64,000 bases of DNA, from NCBI RefSeq assembly GCF_006345805.1, contig NC_043013.1:30070001-30134000 (forward strand), written 5' to 3'. Numbering within the stretch: position 1 is the stretch's first letter; every line of letters begins with the position of its first letter. The notes beneath the pieces are model-generated. The model made no database searches. It was not told the DNA's origin and saw nothing but the letters and a program-made list of their open reading frames with translations. The position numbers were made by a program, and so were the translations under genes. This document shows, one piece after another, positions 11,696-26,480 of the stretch. Origin of the DNA: Octopus sinensis (taxonomy: Eukaryota).

Positions 11696-14518
11696 ACCTC
11701 ACACCCCAGGTCCTTTTGTCATACTCAAACTCGGTGTGTGACACACTAATTGTACACATAAGGCAACTTGATGTAGTTGTGTGTGCTACATATCGCCCTC
11801 CAGATGCCCCAAGTCATATGGGCAAGTTTGAGGACTGCCTTTTAAAAATAGAAGAAGTTCTAACCACATTAGAACAACACATAAGTGTACTTCTCATGGG
11901 AGACTTCAATCTACCGAATGTCAGATGGCCCGAGGGCCTTTCTCTCCCAGGAATGACAAGATGTGAACGAGGACAGGCGAGGTCCCTCCTGTACATGGAG
12001 CAAGTAATACTCCAACCAACCAGAGCGGGTAACACACTGGATCTCTGCTTCACAAATAATATGGATCTTATTCATAATGTGAAAGTGACACCGACACTAC
12101 TCTCGGATCACAACATGGTAGAGCTGACCATGTACGGGCCAAAAGAGAGCACGGACATGCAGCCTACAAGAAACCCTCAGAATCTTTCCAGCTTGAACTT
12201 CAATAAGGCAAACTGGAAACAAATTGAGAAAGAGATCCTCAAACAAAACTGGCCTGAATGTCTCTCCTCGCCGGACATCGACATGATACTTCAACAATTC
12301 ATGTCCGTAATGCAAGCCATATGCTACAAATGTGTCCCAGAGAGAAAGGCCACTGTACACTGTACACAAGAACAAAATCCCCAGAGAGAGAAAAATTTTA
12401 ATGAGACGGCGCACAAAAATCTCAAATCGCCTAAACAAACAAATTGAAAGCAGTGAAAAGTCCCGCCTGAAAATAAAGCTGTTGGAAATTGAAAATTGTC
12501 TGCAACTCTCCCATGAGAAGGAAAGAGCAGACAAAGAAGCCTGGGCTATAGACAACATAAAAACTAACCCCAGAGCTTTCTACAGGTATGCCAAAGAAAT
12601 AGCTACGGTGCACTGTAGGATAGGGCCACTCCTTGAAAAGGATGGCACACTCACAGGAAAACCAATGAGGGTAAGTGAAATACTGAATGAACAATTCAAG
12701 AGTGTTTTCACTCCACCCCTTGGGCATTTCCAAATCAGCAATCCAACTGACTTTTTTTTACCACTGCAGATATAGAATCAGAGGCGGCGACGTTAAATTA
12801 CATCGATATAAAGGAAGACGATGTAATAAAGGCTATAGATGAAATGAAAATAGACTCAGCTATTGGCCCCGATGGATTCCCGGCAATCCTCCTAAAAGTA
12901 TGTAAGAGAGTCTTAGCAAGACCACTGCAGTTCCTCTTTCAGAGCTTCCTTGCAGCTGGCAAACTTCCAAGAAAACTGAAGGAAGGTAAAATATGCCCTA
13001 TTCATAAAGGAGGTAGCAGAGCGGAGGCCAAGAACTACAGACCTATCTCTCTGACCTCACACATCAGCAAGGTCATGGAACGAATAGTCAGAAGGAAACT
13101 AATCACCTTCCTTGAAGAAAATGACTTGCTGCCTGACACCCAACATGGTTTCCGACCAGGAAGAAGCTGCTTAACTCAGCTCCTGCAGCACTATGACTGG
13201 GTGCTGAAACAACTGCTCAACCACTCAAATGTGGAAGTCATATATCTCGACTTCGCAAAGGCCTTCGATAAAGTCGATCATGGAATGATATGTCACAAAC
13301 TGCGTGATCTTGGCATAGTTGGAAAACTAGGAGAATGGCTTCACGACTTTCTGAAGAATAGAAGTCAGGTGGTAGTAGCCAATGGGGCAACTTCCATTAG
13401 CACGCAAATAGTGAGCGGTGTTCCACAGGGCACTGTTTTGGGACCACTACTGTTCATAATGGCCCTCTCAGACATGCCCTCAGCCACGCGGAGAGCCACG
13501 ATCACAAGTTATGCAGATGATACAAAAGTTTCACTGGCAATACAGAACCCTGAAGACCCTAGGCCCCTGCAATATGAGCTGGACGAAATATACAAGTGGG
13601 CTGAAAAGAATAGCATGCAGTTCAATGCTGAACAGTTTCAAGCTTTATACTATCAGCATGCAAAACTGAATGCAATACCCAAGGAATACACTGGACCCGG
13701 AGGGATTGCAATCCCAGAGGCACAATCAGTGCGTGACCTGGGTATTCACATGAGTGATGACGCGACCTTTCATGTACATGTTGCTAAACTGACAATGAAA
13801 CGCAGACGGCTGGCTGGATGGATTCTTAGAACCTTTAGAACAAGAGAACAAGAAACCATGATGGTCCTCTGGAAGACACTTGTCCTAAGTCACTTTGACT
13901 ATTGCTCTCAGCTATGGTCACCATCCAGTGTCAAGTTGATCACAGAACTTGAGGCGATCCAACGAAGCTACACGAAGAAGATAGCCTCTATGCAGAATGT
14001 AAGCTACTGGGAAAGACTCAAGAGATTAAAATTATATTCCCTGGAGCGTAGGCGGGAAAGATATGCCATAATATACATCTGGAAGATCCTGGAGGGAAGT
14101 GTCCTGAACTTTGGCATCGAGAGTTACGCAAATGCCAGAACTGGGCGCCACTGCGTGGTGCCTAGGACTCCAAACTTGCCATCAAGATGTAGGACAAGAT
14201 TCTGTGATAGCCTGGGCTTCCGAGGCCCACAGCTCTTCAATATCCTCCCGATGAACCTGAGAGACCTGCATGGGGTGGATACAGATGTCTTTAAAATGGA
14301 GCTGGATCTCTTCCTGTCAGGTGTCCCAGATGAACCAACTTCACGGCAGGAGGGGCAGATGAGGGCAGCTGCATCGAACTCTCTCATGCACCAAATAGCA
14401 GTTGCTAGAAAGCCTCCATGAAGTGAAACCAAGTAGCAACACCAAATGGCGGTGCCCCAGCATGGCCGCAGCTCATAAGCTGAAACTAGAATCAATCAAT
14501 CAATCAATCAATCAATCA
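11696..14518 (+). mobile_element. 5'-truncated CR1-clade-like LINE: APE endonuclease plus reverse transcriptase ORF2 with two frameshifts and an (AATC)n tail
   Basis: APE motifs YRPP, MGDFN, PTR.GNTLDLCF and SDH. RT motifs NYRPISL, QHGFR, YLDFAKAFD, GVPQG and YADD. 3' tandem aatc repeats at about 14490-14518. Confidence 0.92.
12844..14421 (+). CDS. Uninterrupted reverse transcriptase portion of LINE ORF2 (525 aa)
   Basis: ORF track; all RT motifs including YADD. Confidence 0.85.
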   Translation: MKIDSAIGPDGFPAILLKVCKRVLARPLQFLFQSFLAAGKLPRKLKEGKICPIHKGGSRAEAKNYRPISLTSHISKVMERIVRRKLITFLEENDLLPDTQHGFRPGRSCLTQLLQHYDWVLKQLLNHSNVEVIYLDFAKAFDKVDHGMICHKLRDLGIVGKLGEWLHDFLKNRSQVVVANGATSISTQIVSGVPQGTVLGPLLFIMALSDMPSATRRATITSYADDTKVSLAIQNPEDPRPLQYELDEIYKWAEKNSMQFNAEQFQALYYQHAKLNAIPKEYTGPGGIAIPEAQSVRDLGIHMSDDATFHVHVAKLTMKRRRLAGWILRTFRTREQETMMVLWKTLVLSHFDYCSQLWSPSSVKLITELEAIQRSYTKKIASMQNVSYWERLKRLKLYSLERRRERYAIIYIWKILEGSVLNFGIESYANARTGRHCVVPRTPNLPSRCRTRFCDSLGFRGPQLFNILPMNLRDLHGVDTDVFKMELDLFLSGVPDEPTSRQEGQMRAAASNSLMHQIAVARKPP

Positions 14519-14548
14519 TATATATATATATACACACACACATATGCA

Positions 14549-14620
<72 letters not shown>

Positions 14621-15309
14621 TACACTGTCAAAATTAGGAAACAAGAGCGCCAGAGTGTGTAAAATCTACCAATGTCTAGACATAAGAAAATGCTGTCGTT
14701 ATAAAATGTTAAACACCTTTCAGGGAAAAACGTCTGAAAGTCGATATAAATTTAGGAAGAAATGAATGAATTAAAATCAATAAATGAATTTGTTGTCAAG
14801 ATTATTGTCTCGCATCTGTATATTAGAAAAAGAGCATTATTTTTTCCTTAAGTATTGTTAAAGTCATTTGTATTTCAAGTTTTCTCTTTTGTTTTCCTTG
14901 TTAATGAATCATCTCTCGCAGCTCCGTGCACTTTGAATTTGTACGTTCACTTGATTCCGCTCGAATTATTCGCACAATGAGGAATTTTATTCTGCCCAAC
15001 ATATCTTGGATTATTTCACGACATATACTATTTATATTTACGCATTCTGAATGTGAAAATTTTTTCGGCAAGATAGTGAAATTAGTAACTCTTACCTCAT
15101 TTCTAAATGAAATATTCAGAGTTAAAGCCTTTAGACATTAATCTATTGGATGCAAGGGTGATATTGAATTTAGTGGTTAAATTGTAACTTGGAAATTTTC
15201 CTATATCATCAAATACATGTGCATATTTAACGATCTTTTAAAATATAAAACAAAAATAAACTTATAGACGTACACACACTTGTGATCGTGTGTTTACGTA
15301 CCCACAACA

Positions 15310-15450
15310 ACGGATATCGATAAAATAAGTACTAGGTTTAAAAGAGAACTGTGGTCGAGTTATTCGGCTAAAAATTCTTCAAGGCGGGGCCTCAGCATGG
15401 CCGCAGTGTAATGACTTAGGAAAACAGGTATATGATAAAAAATAAAAGAC
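15310..15450 (+). mobile_element. SINE family C 3' fragment
   Basis: aaggcggggcctcagcatggccgcagtgtaatgac tail motif. Confidence 0.6.
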
Positions 15451-15471
15451 TTGTAAAATCCCTCAGCTCTA

Positions 15472-15687
15472 GGGCGGCGACCTGGCACAAACGTTATCAC
15501 GCGCGGCGAAATGCCTAGCGGTATTTCGTCTGTCTTTATGTTCTGAGTTCAAATTCCGCTGAGGTCGACTTTGCCTCTCATTCTTTCATGGTCGATAAAT
15601 TAAGTACCAGTTGCATACTAGGGTGGATCTAATCGACTTACCCCTTCTCCGAAAATTTCGGAGCGTCTACCTAGAGTAGAAAAGAAT
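15472..15687 (+). mobile_element. SINE family A (tail type 2), full length
   Basis: 14-bp TSD atccctcagctcta at 15458-15471 and 15688-15701. Confidence 0.9.
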
Positions 15688-15954
15688 ATCCCTCAGCTCT
15701 AAGACACCTAATGAAGCAAGATTTTTACTGAACGCCCCTTTGATATTTTAATTGTTTCAGTCTCATGCCGGCGGCCATACCGTAGTACCACCTTAAAGAC
15801 GTTGGTCAAACGTATTTGATCAAAATTCTTGTTTTGGATCTGCTTCTTATTGTCTCTTTCTCTTTTAGCAAATCTCTTATTTACGGAGACGTAGATAAAC
15901 CAAAATTAGTCGTCAAAAATTCAACTGAATTATCATATACATTATTTACATTTT

Positions 15955-16000
15955 AACACAACGTTTCAGTTGATATACCCTCCAGCCTTCATCAGGTGTC
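15955..16000 (-). ncRNA. Minimal type I hammerhead ribozyme motif
   Basis: Reverse complement reads gacac CTGATGA a ggctg gagggtatat caact GAAA cg tt gtgtt: stem I gacac/gtgtt, canonical core, minimal palindromic stem III. Confidence 0.75.
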
Positions 16001-16097
16001 TTAGGGAAATTTCGAACGTGGGTTTTCATTCCTAAGGTATTTTTCGATGTTGTTATTATTATTACTATTATTATTGCTGTTATTGTTGTTGTTGTTG

Positions 16098-16167
<70 letters not shown>

Positions 16168-16272
16168 CATCATCATCATCGTTATTATTATTATTCAGGT
16201 CACAACCTGGAATCGGACTCGGAATCTTGGGGCTAGTAGCTCGAGCTCTTAACCACTGCGCCCATGGACATA

Positions 16273-16327
16273 TGGCGTAGTGGTTAAGAGTGCGGGCCAC
16301 TAACCCCAAGATTCCGAGTTCGATTCC
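16273..16327 (+). promoter_or_regulatory. Pol III internal promoter (A and B boxes); mirrored copy on the minus strand at about 16208-16262
   Basis: A box tggcgtagtgg at 16273-16283; B box gagttcgattcc at 16316-16327. Confidence 0.75.
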
Positions 16328-16342
16328 AGGCAGAGAATAATG

Positions 16343-16410
<68 letters not shown>

Positions 16411-16442
16411 TAATAATAATAATAATAATAAAATAATAATAA

Positions 16443-18083
<1,641 letters not shown>

Positions 18084-18137
18084 TAACAACATCGAAAAAT
18101 ACCTTAGGAATAAGAACCCAGGTTCGAAATTTCCCCA

Positions 18138-18185
18138 AGACCCCTGATGAAGCCTGGAGAGTATATCAGTCGAAACGTTGTGTTA
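18138..18185 (+). ncRNA. Minimal type I hammerhead ribozyme motif (second arm)
   Basis: CTGATGA at 18144-18150, GAAA at 18172-18175, then cgttgtgtt; stems I and II carry mismatches. Confidence 0.65.
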
Positions 18186-18466
18186 ACGACAAACAAGATG
18201 AGAACAAATATCCGTCAAATGTAAATAATGTAAATAGTGTACATAATTTCTCATCTCTTAAATATAGAACTGAATTATCATATATCACTAAATATTATGT
18301 GCCATTTCAAAAATACTTTCTGATGAAAATACAAATGTGCGTAGTGTTACATAGTGTTGCAATTAGTCAGAGGCGGAAATATATAATATACCCGTTTTCT
18401 AAGTTAAGGATAATAACGCCACGGAAACGAGTGTGGTAATACACAAATGCACATTAGTTTTTCGCT

Positions 18467-18502
<36 letters not shown>

Positions 18503-18789
18503 CACCACCACTAAAACCACCACCACCACCATCAGCACCACCATCACCGCTAGTAGTAGTAGTATTAGTATATATGTGTGTGTGTATACAGATATTTATA
18601 TAGGTTTGACTTTGCGTGTCAGTGTGCATATATTTGTATGCGTGCATGTGTGTGCCCCTGTGTGGTTATGCGTGTGTGTCTATTTGATTATGTTTCTTTT
18701 CTTTATTCTCTAACGGGTATTCCTTGTAAATGTGTATTCCTTGTAAATGCACGATATGAATCTAGCTGTATTTATCTGCCTTTCTACCT

Positions 18790-18960
18790 CCCACCTTCCT
18801 CTCCGTTTTTTTAAATTCATCTCTCCATCTGTTTTGTCACCCCGTTCCTTTCTGTAGAAGAGCATAGGCTCGAAATGTCAGAGACTCATCCATTCTTTTC
18901 TGAGCATCAAACTAATATACCTTCTTTCTTTTGTTCCCTCACCTAACTCTGTCTTTATTT
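18790..18960 (+). repeat. PLE-type short repeat with a variant hammerhead-like motif (second copy at about 57500-57650)
   Basis: cttt ctgtaga a gagc atag gctc gaaa tgtc, followed by gagc-tcaaactaata as in the 57527 copy. Confidence 0.55.
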
Positions 18961-19150
18961 TTTAAAACAGTTTTGAAACATTAAGATATTTATTATTACT
19001 ATGAAATCAATTGTGCCCTTAATACAGGAATAAAGAAATTCTATCCACGAATGCGGTATTGGGGCACTCATTCTTGTCGACATTTACAAACACACTCACA
19101 CATACATACATACATACATATATACATACATACATACATACATACATACA

Positions 19151-19183
<33 letters not shown>

Positions 19184-19199
19184 TATTCTTTCTTTCCTT

Positions 19200-19346
19200 T
19201 TTCTTTATTCTTTTACATGTTTCAATCAATTGACTGCGACACCAGGTCTTATTCTTTGTAAGCCTAGTACTTATTTTACCGGGGACGTAAACACACCAGC
19301 ATCGGTTGTCAAACACACACACATACACACACACACACACACACAT

Positions 19347-19378
<32 letters not shown>

Positions 19379-19549
19379 TATATATATATATATATACATA
19401 TATACGACGGGCTTTTTTCCACTCACAAGGCTTTAGTCGGCCCGAGGCTATACTAGAAAACACTTGCTCAAGGTGCCACGCAGTGGGACTGAAACCGGAA
19501 CCATGTGGTTGGTAAGCAAGCCACTTACCACACAGCCACTCCTGCGCCT

Positions 19550-19550
<1 letters not shown>
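19200..19550 (-). mobile_element. SINE family C with internal (CA)n/(TA)n
   Basis: Head (+ strand cacagccactcctgcgcc) at about 19530-19548; body ggttccggtttcagtcccactgcgtggcacc on the minus strand. Confidence 0.85.
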
Positions 19551-19716
<166 letters not shown>

Positions 19717-20483
19717 GACTGTGACTTTTCTTATAAATTAACGTCACCTCTAATTTTAGCTCATCTACAATATTTCAATTACTTAGCAGTGTTAGACAGT
19801 CATTAGCTACTTTCAAAGTATTCTGAATGTGTATTAACCCGCATTCATCTTCAAGTGGAACATCTTTCAACATTTAAATTTTGTACATGTATTTCAAAGC
19901 CAACCTCAATAGTTTTTCGATTTAGAAAGAAATACATTAGTAAGAGATATATTCACTTCACTCGATTTTTGCTTCTCTATTTTCCTCTACAACCCAACCT
20001 TATAGATCCAAGACCACCCTCTAAAACCGCTGATGCACGCAGTTAGCGTCTAGTGTGTTTCTTTGATGGTATGGTCATTTCTCTGATAATTCTTCTGTGG
20101 CTGAATGACAGACTTCACTTTCGTGACCATTTGAATAGCGGAGTTCACCTTTGATAATATTTGTATATCTCGGGATGGTCATTCTTTTAGCCAAATAAAC
20201 ACACGCACCATATATTCGTTCTTCACCTTAGACTTATTTTTGTCCTTATTTTATGCTCATTATCTGGATATTTTTGTCATTCATCCTATTAACTTTTCAC
20301 CGACTCGCCAACCCATATGTGTTTATTTTGCAAAAAAAAAAAAATAATAATAATGATAAATAAAAAAAAATATAATGACCTTCCCGAAATATCACAATTA
20401 CTGCTTCAACATATGATTTCATAGCAGGCTTCTTGCAAAACAAATATATAAACGTAAAAATCACTTGATGATATATTTCAGTC

Positions 20484-21095
20484 GGAAGCGCCGACTGTGA
20501 AGGCACAATGGCCCGGTGGTTAGGGCAGCGGACTCGCGGTCATAGGAGCGCGATTTCGATCCCCAGACTGGGCGTTGTGAGTGTTTATTGAGCGAAAACA
20601 CCTAAAGTTCCACGAAGCTCCGGCAGGGGATACTGGTGAACCCTGCTGTACTCGACGAGCTGTCAGAAACGTTCGCACGCCGGACGAAATGCTTAGCGGA
20701 GTTTCGTCTGTCTTTACGTTCTGAGTTCAAATTCCACCGAGATCGACTTTGCCTTTCACGTTTCGGGGTCGATAAATTAAGTACCAGTTACGCACTGAGG
20801 TCGATGTAATCGACTTAATCCTTTTGTCTGTCTTTATTTGTCCCCCTCAATGTTTAGCCCCTTGTGGGCAATAAAGAAATAAGATCCTGCTGACCACAAC
20901 TTTCTCTCACTCTTACTTCCTGTTTCTGTTGTGCCTGTAATTCAAAGGGCCAGCCTTGTTACACCCGAGAATTACGTTAAGCATACACGTGTCTGTGGAG
21001 TGCTCAGCCACTTGCAGGTTAACTTCACGAGCAGACTGTTCCGTTGATCGGATCAACTGAAACCCTCATCGTCGTAAGCGACGGTGTGCCAAAAA
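20484..21095 (+). mobile_element. SINE family B containing a nested SINE family A copy (about 20654-20885)
   Basis: 11-bp TSD atatttcagtc at 20473-20483 and 21096-21106; A and B boxes; the A copy interrupts the body. Confidence 0.85.
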
Positions 21096-21545
21096 ATATT
21101 TCAGTCTAAAATGATAAAATACGTCCCATCTTCATCATTAAAGAGCATCTGCGTTTTGTGAATTGAAAATTAAATGATGATATACTAACTTGTCTTGTTC
21201 TTCATTATTTGATTAAATCTCATTGAATAATTTTTACCAAGTTTTTATTCCACTAGTGTTTTCCTATCCTGTTATAGCTGTTGTACTACGTACAGTTGTG
21301 TGAATTACTACTTCTATATTGCCTTCTAATTATATAACTTTATTCGGAAAATTGTTTTCATACACACAGGAATCGGGTATTTCTGACAATCACTTATATT
21401 GAGATACATAGAAAATCATATGCGGAAACAGGCGCGCACACTCGCAAGCAAACAGAAAGCAAACAGAAACAAACACACAGACGCATATACAATGATTTAT
21501 TTGTGTGTGTATATATATAATATATGTATATATATATATATATAT

Positions 21546-21609
<64 letters not shown>

Positions 21610-22481
21610 TCATAGGCACCTACATACATTCAGGTGTGCACATAGTTTTAAATATATGCATACATGATATATACTCATATATATATATATATATATATAT
21701 ACATAACTTTGTGTATACATATTTATATACAAATACAAACACATATGTGTATGTGAATATGTATCTGTATAAGTATATTCATAACACAGCCTCACATCCT
21801 GACACATACTCACATAGACGGACATTCATATGTGACATTTTGTGGTATAATAAGTCACATATTGCAATTGTGTGAAAATTATTGAAGCGGTATATTGTGT
21901 TAATACAGGTGTCTTTAACAATTTTCCGCCTTTATTATCGAAGAATTATACGTTGATAGCCAGACACTCTGGAGACCAAAATCTAAGAAATGAAATATGA
22001 ACCGAAAAGAATAAGTGAAAAAATGTTAATGACATATAAAATATTGTTTTGTAGCTTTACCATTATTGCGTATACGTTGGAAAAATATTTACGTATATAG
22101 CGTTCATCCTAGCACCTGACTAGAATTTTATTTCAGCAACCCTAGAGAGATGACAAAAGTTGAGCATAGCGGCATTTAAGAACATAAATAGGCAATTATA
22201 TTGCAGTGCTAATGTCCAACATATTATCGCTGTCCTGCTTATCAGTTATGTTGATTAGTAACATTGGCACAAGACCAAACAAAAATACTGGCAGTGTTTT
22301 TATTCATTAAAGTGATAGCTGTACTTAACTCGTATTTTTTATCGATCCCGGAAAGAAAGAAAAAAAAAGCCACAATTAATTCAGGTAGAATTTTAATTCG
22401 GAAGCGAAAATACCGTATACATACAACAAAGATTTTCCTCAGATGTTTATTTGTTTCCGCCAATCCACTATCAATGACTCT

Positions 22482-24913
22482 CTTACTTGTTTCAGTCATT
22501 TGACTGCGGCCATGCTGGAGCACCGCCTTTAGCCGAGCAAATCGACCCTAGGACTTATTCTTTGTAAGCCTAGTAATTATTCTATCGGTCTCTTATGCCG
22601 AACCGCAAAGTTACGAGGACATAAACACACCAGCATCAGTTGTCAAGCGATGTTGGTGGGGGGATAAACACAGACACACAAACACCAACACACATATACA
22701 TATACATATATACGACGGGTTTCTTTCAGTTTCCCTCTACCAAATCCACTCACAAGGTTTTGGTCGCCCCGAGGCTATAGTAGAAGACACTTGCCCAAGC
22801 TACCCCACAGTGGGACTGAACCCGGAACCATGTAGTTTGTAAGCAAGCTACTTTATTTCATAAATTTGTCATATGGATAGTACAAAGAGCTTTGCGGGCT
22901 GGACAAATACATTAATGAATGAAAATGAAATTTAATGAATAAATGAGAGACACCCACCGATTGGATTTTTCTCGAAAACATATTTTCCTTTTTTTTTAAA
23001 AATCAATGAGTTTTCGAATCTCTTACAGGGAGGAGGCACTAAAACCTCTTACTTAACATGTTTTCTTTTTTTCTTTCTTAAACCACAAAATTGAGGTTAT
23101 AAACCACTACAAAATAATCCGATAAGATGAGGTTTCAAACCCTGTAACGAGGGTCTTTCACCTCCTAATCTTCGATATATCCATCGATATATTTATCATT
23201 ATCTTCAATGCCGCTTGAGTTCCTGTATCCCGCCATTTCTCATGCCTCACTCATGTAGGACTTGTAAGTCGTGTAAGGGCCACCCGGCCATATGCGACAC
23301 TGCTCCCCAAATTCTTTAAGCCTTTCCCACAAGGGAAACCTTATGACCTCGACAGCTATCTGCGGAGGCCATTCGGGATCCCGTGTGAAGGGCATATCTA
23401 CTGTTTCTTTATGTTCTTCTACTATTTTTTCCACCTCCCCGCCCTTGTAGAAAAATATAATTAATTGATCATCTTTAAGAGTTGGGTGGTTTCTTCCACC
23501 GTGGGTGGCACAACCTCGGGACATGCAGTCGGCACATCATCTCCCCGCTGAGATGACCCGTTCTTCTTCCTTTTTTTTATTTTCTTCCTGGCTTCGGGAG
23601 AGTGGAGCTCTTCCGCTTTGTCCGGAGACTCTCCCCCGCCTTCCGAAGCCTTAGGTTCCTTCTTCCCTTTTAATCCTTTTTGAGTTGAGGAGGCTGAAGC
23701 CTCCTCGATGACATTCACTTCTCCCTTTGACCAGGTAGGGGAGGTGGCATCTAGTGACTGTTCCAGGACCTTACCATGGTCCTGGGGGCAGTTCCTTTTA
23801 ATGTGGCCTGGCTGCAGGCACGAGTGACACTTTGGGGGACGTCCCTCAAGTATCACCGGATACCTGCAGCCAGCCATTTTCAAGAAATCTGGAAAAATCA
23901 GTTCTGTTGCGGCCGATGGGGTCCACAGGGTCAAAATCGCTTTTTACCCTTCCCAATCGACCGCCGGCAATATTCCTACATTTAAGAGCCTGGGCCCGCC
24001 ATCTCCCAGTCCCCGTCGGATAGCATCTTCAATCCAACCCGCTTCGGTGCCCGGGGGGAGCCCACATACCCAGGCTCGTATTAATTTTCTTCTACAATAT
24101 GACGGGAGAAACAGAATTTCCTTGCCTTCTAAAGGCTGACTCGCAAACTGGCGAGCCTTTTACCCGTTGTCAAACAGCAACCATACGGTTGCATGTTTGA
24201 CACCACGGGATATATATTTTACAGATGACAAATGTTCTTTAAGTTCATTTTTTATGACTTGTTTTGGGAAGACAGTGATGGAATTAAGAACTTTAGAATA
24301 CGTTCTAAGTACCAGCGTCTTCTCCTCCATATCTTTTAACCATTGCTTAGGCGGGTTAATTTCCCACTCTAAGACAGAGTTTTTCTTTTTAAGTTCCTTC
24401 TCTGCCATGTCAAAAAGCAGTTCAAAAGTAGTTCGAAAGACAGTCTGCCAAAAAATTAAACCGAATAAAAATAAAACAAAATAAAAGAGGAGGGGAAGAA
24501 ACTGAAATTAAAGTAGTGAAAAGACTGAACCAAAATTTAGAAAGAAAGAAAAATAGAAGAAGGAAAAAGTAAAGGAAAACCTCACAAATAGTACAGACAG
24601 GGAATCCTTTGTATAATACTCCAAAAAGGTAATCCAAAAGGTAATCCAAATGGCTTATTCTTATTTGTCTGGCGAGATACGCCCACTAGAATTCACAAGA
24701 AGAATTTTCAAAAAAAATTCTCAATTCACCGTTACGGTGATGAGAAACCAGTATTTTGCTCACTATAGCAAGCCATAATTGACAATATTTCTTTTGTTCT
24801 TTTTTTCTATTCGCGGAGCCGAAACTCACATCTGCTCACTGTAACAGTCCAGACCAACTAGTGTTGCATTCTGGGTAAGCAAGCTACTTACCTCACAGCC
24901 ACTCCTGCGCCTA
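22482..24913 (-). mobile_element. SINE family C split by a 2-kb insertion
   Basis: Body and tail at 22482-22853 and head at 24875-24913 rejoin across the duplicated gtaagcaagctactt. Confidence 0.85.
22854..24874 (-). mobile_element. ORF1-only L1/Tx1-like non-LTR element (HAL-like) with disrupted ORF1 at about 24408-23240
   Basis: 15-bp TSD gtaagcaagctactt at 22839-22853 and 24875-24889. ORF1 has two in-frame stops and one frameshift, and a CCHC knuckle CHSCLQPGHIKRNC. No EN/RT motifs seen between the ORF1 end and the TSD. Confidence 0.8.
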
Positions 24914-24971
24914 TGTGGATAATATTCCAACTTGGCTATAGGTTTACATTTTTAAAATTGTTTTGTCAATA

Positions 24972-25297
24972 TAGACGCAGGCGTGGCTATGTAGTAAGAA
25001 ATGTGCTTCTCAACCATGTGGTACCGGGTTCAGTCACACGGCGTCGCACTTTGACCGACCAAAGCCTTGTGAGTGTATTTGGTAGAGGGAATCTGAAAGA
25101 AGCACGTTGTATATAGCCGGTGTTGGTGTATTTACGTCTCCCTAATCTAGTGGCTCGGCAAAAAGAAACCGATTGTATAAGTACTAGGCTTAAATAATAT
25201 AATTTCTGGGGTCAATTTGTTTGACTAAAACTCTTCAAGGCGGTGCTCTAGCATGGCCGCAGTCTAATGACTGACACAAAGAAAAGAATAAAAGAAT
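24972..25297 (+). mobile_element. SINE family C, degenerate full length
   Basis: Head gacgcaggcgtggctatgtagtaag; tail ggcggtgctctagcatggccgcagtc. Confidence 0.8.
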
Positions 25298-26249
25298 TAC
25301 ATAACTCGTATTTTTCTTTTAGAGCCCATACTGATGAAGAGCGACTTTGACATCAGTAAGATTTGAACTTAATATCACAAAATTTTCCCTTGTGAAATTT
25401 AGTTGCGTTTATTTCGAAAGCGTTTATTTCAAAAACAGAATACAGTTATACCCAGAATTCCACACAAAAACACTGACGCATCCTAAATATTTAGAAGACC
25501 TTTGTTTTCAGAACATCTCAATCAATAAATTCCAGATAGTTTAGTAGTTGATGGACCACATCTGAATGTGAAATAAGTTGTAAGAATGGCCAATTTAATG
25601 TGGATTTGGAAGCGCCCAAAACCTATTTATATTCTTGCCGACAAAACGAAACATTGTATGAGCTTATGTATTCACAAGACAATGCTCACTAATCTCAAAG
25701 ACATATTGGTTTCAGATGAAAGATATCAATTAGAACATGTCACATCTCTTCGTATAATTCCTTAAACATTGAATGTTAAGGATTTCAATACCGTGACGTA
25801 GATGTTTTCTTTGGCCTCTCCAGTCTCCGTGCGATATGAGAATGATGTTACTCCTATAAGTTTTTACTGCCTGACATTTTTCTACGAATATCTGAATTAA
25901 TTTCAAACGTTAAAGTATATCAAGAACAAATTATATATTATTTTTGACAATATTTCAAAGCGAAATATAATTATTTTCACATTTATTTGATCAGGTGTTT
26001 TTAATTTATATGCATAGATTATATGCATAAATTATATGCAATTAAATTATAAAATATAAGTAATGTGATGAGCTCTAGCATATGGCATGACACTGTTGTA
26101 AACACTTTGGGAAAAAAATCATTTTGTAATGCTTTATATTTTCTTAGAGAAAATCTGCTTTCTAATTATTGAATATTCTCTCTTCTTTTTCATTCCAAAT
26201 TACCTTATCTGGAACATTAGGAATTAGTTCTCTTTTTGTAATGACGAAA

Positions 26250-26480
26250 GTGGCTTAGTGGGTAGTGCGTTTGACTCATTATCGTCAGATTGTGGTTTCG
26301 ATCCCTAGAGCGGACGACGCGTTGTGTTCTTGAGCAAACCATTTCATTTCACGCTGCTCCTGTCCACTCAGCTGGCAAAAATTAGTAACCCGGCGACGAA
26401 CCGGCGTCCTGTCCAGGTACGGAATTTATACACCACAGAAACAGGTAAACTGGCCCTCATTAGTCAGCATGACTCAAATA
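26250..26480 (+). mobile_element. Older family-B-related SINE
   Basis: tggcttagtgg A box, ggtttcgatcc B box; tail caccacagaaacaggtaaactggccc like the 1943 copy. Confidence 0.65.

Noticed and set aside
16271-16333. Genuine tRNA gene
   Set aside because: A and B boxes are present but there is no convincing acceptor stem or oligo-T terminator, and it is part of a TSD-flanked element.
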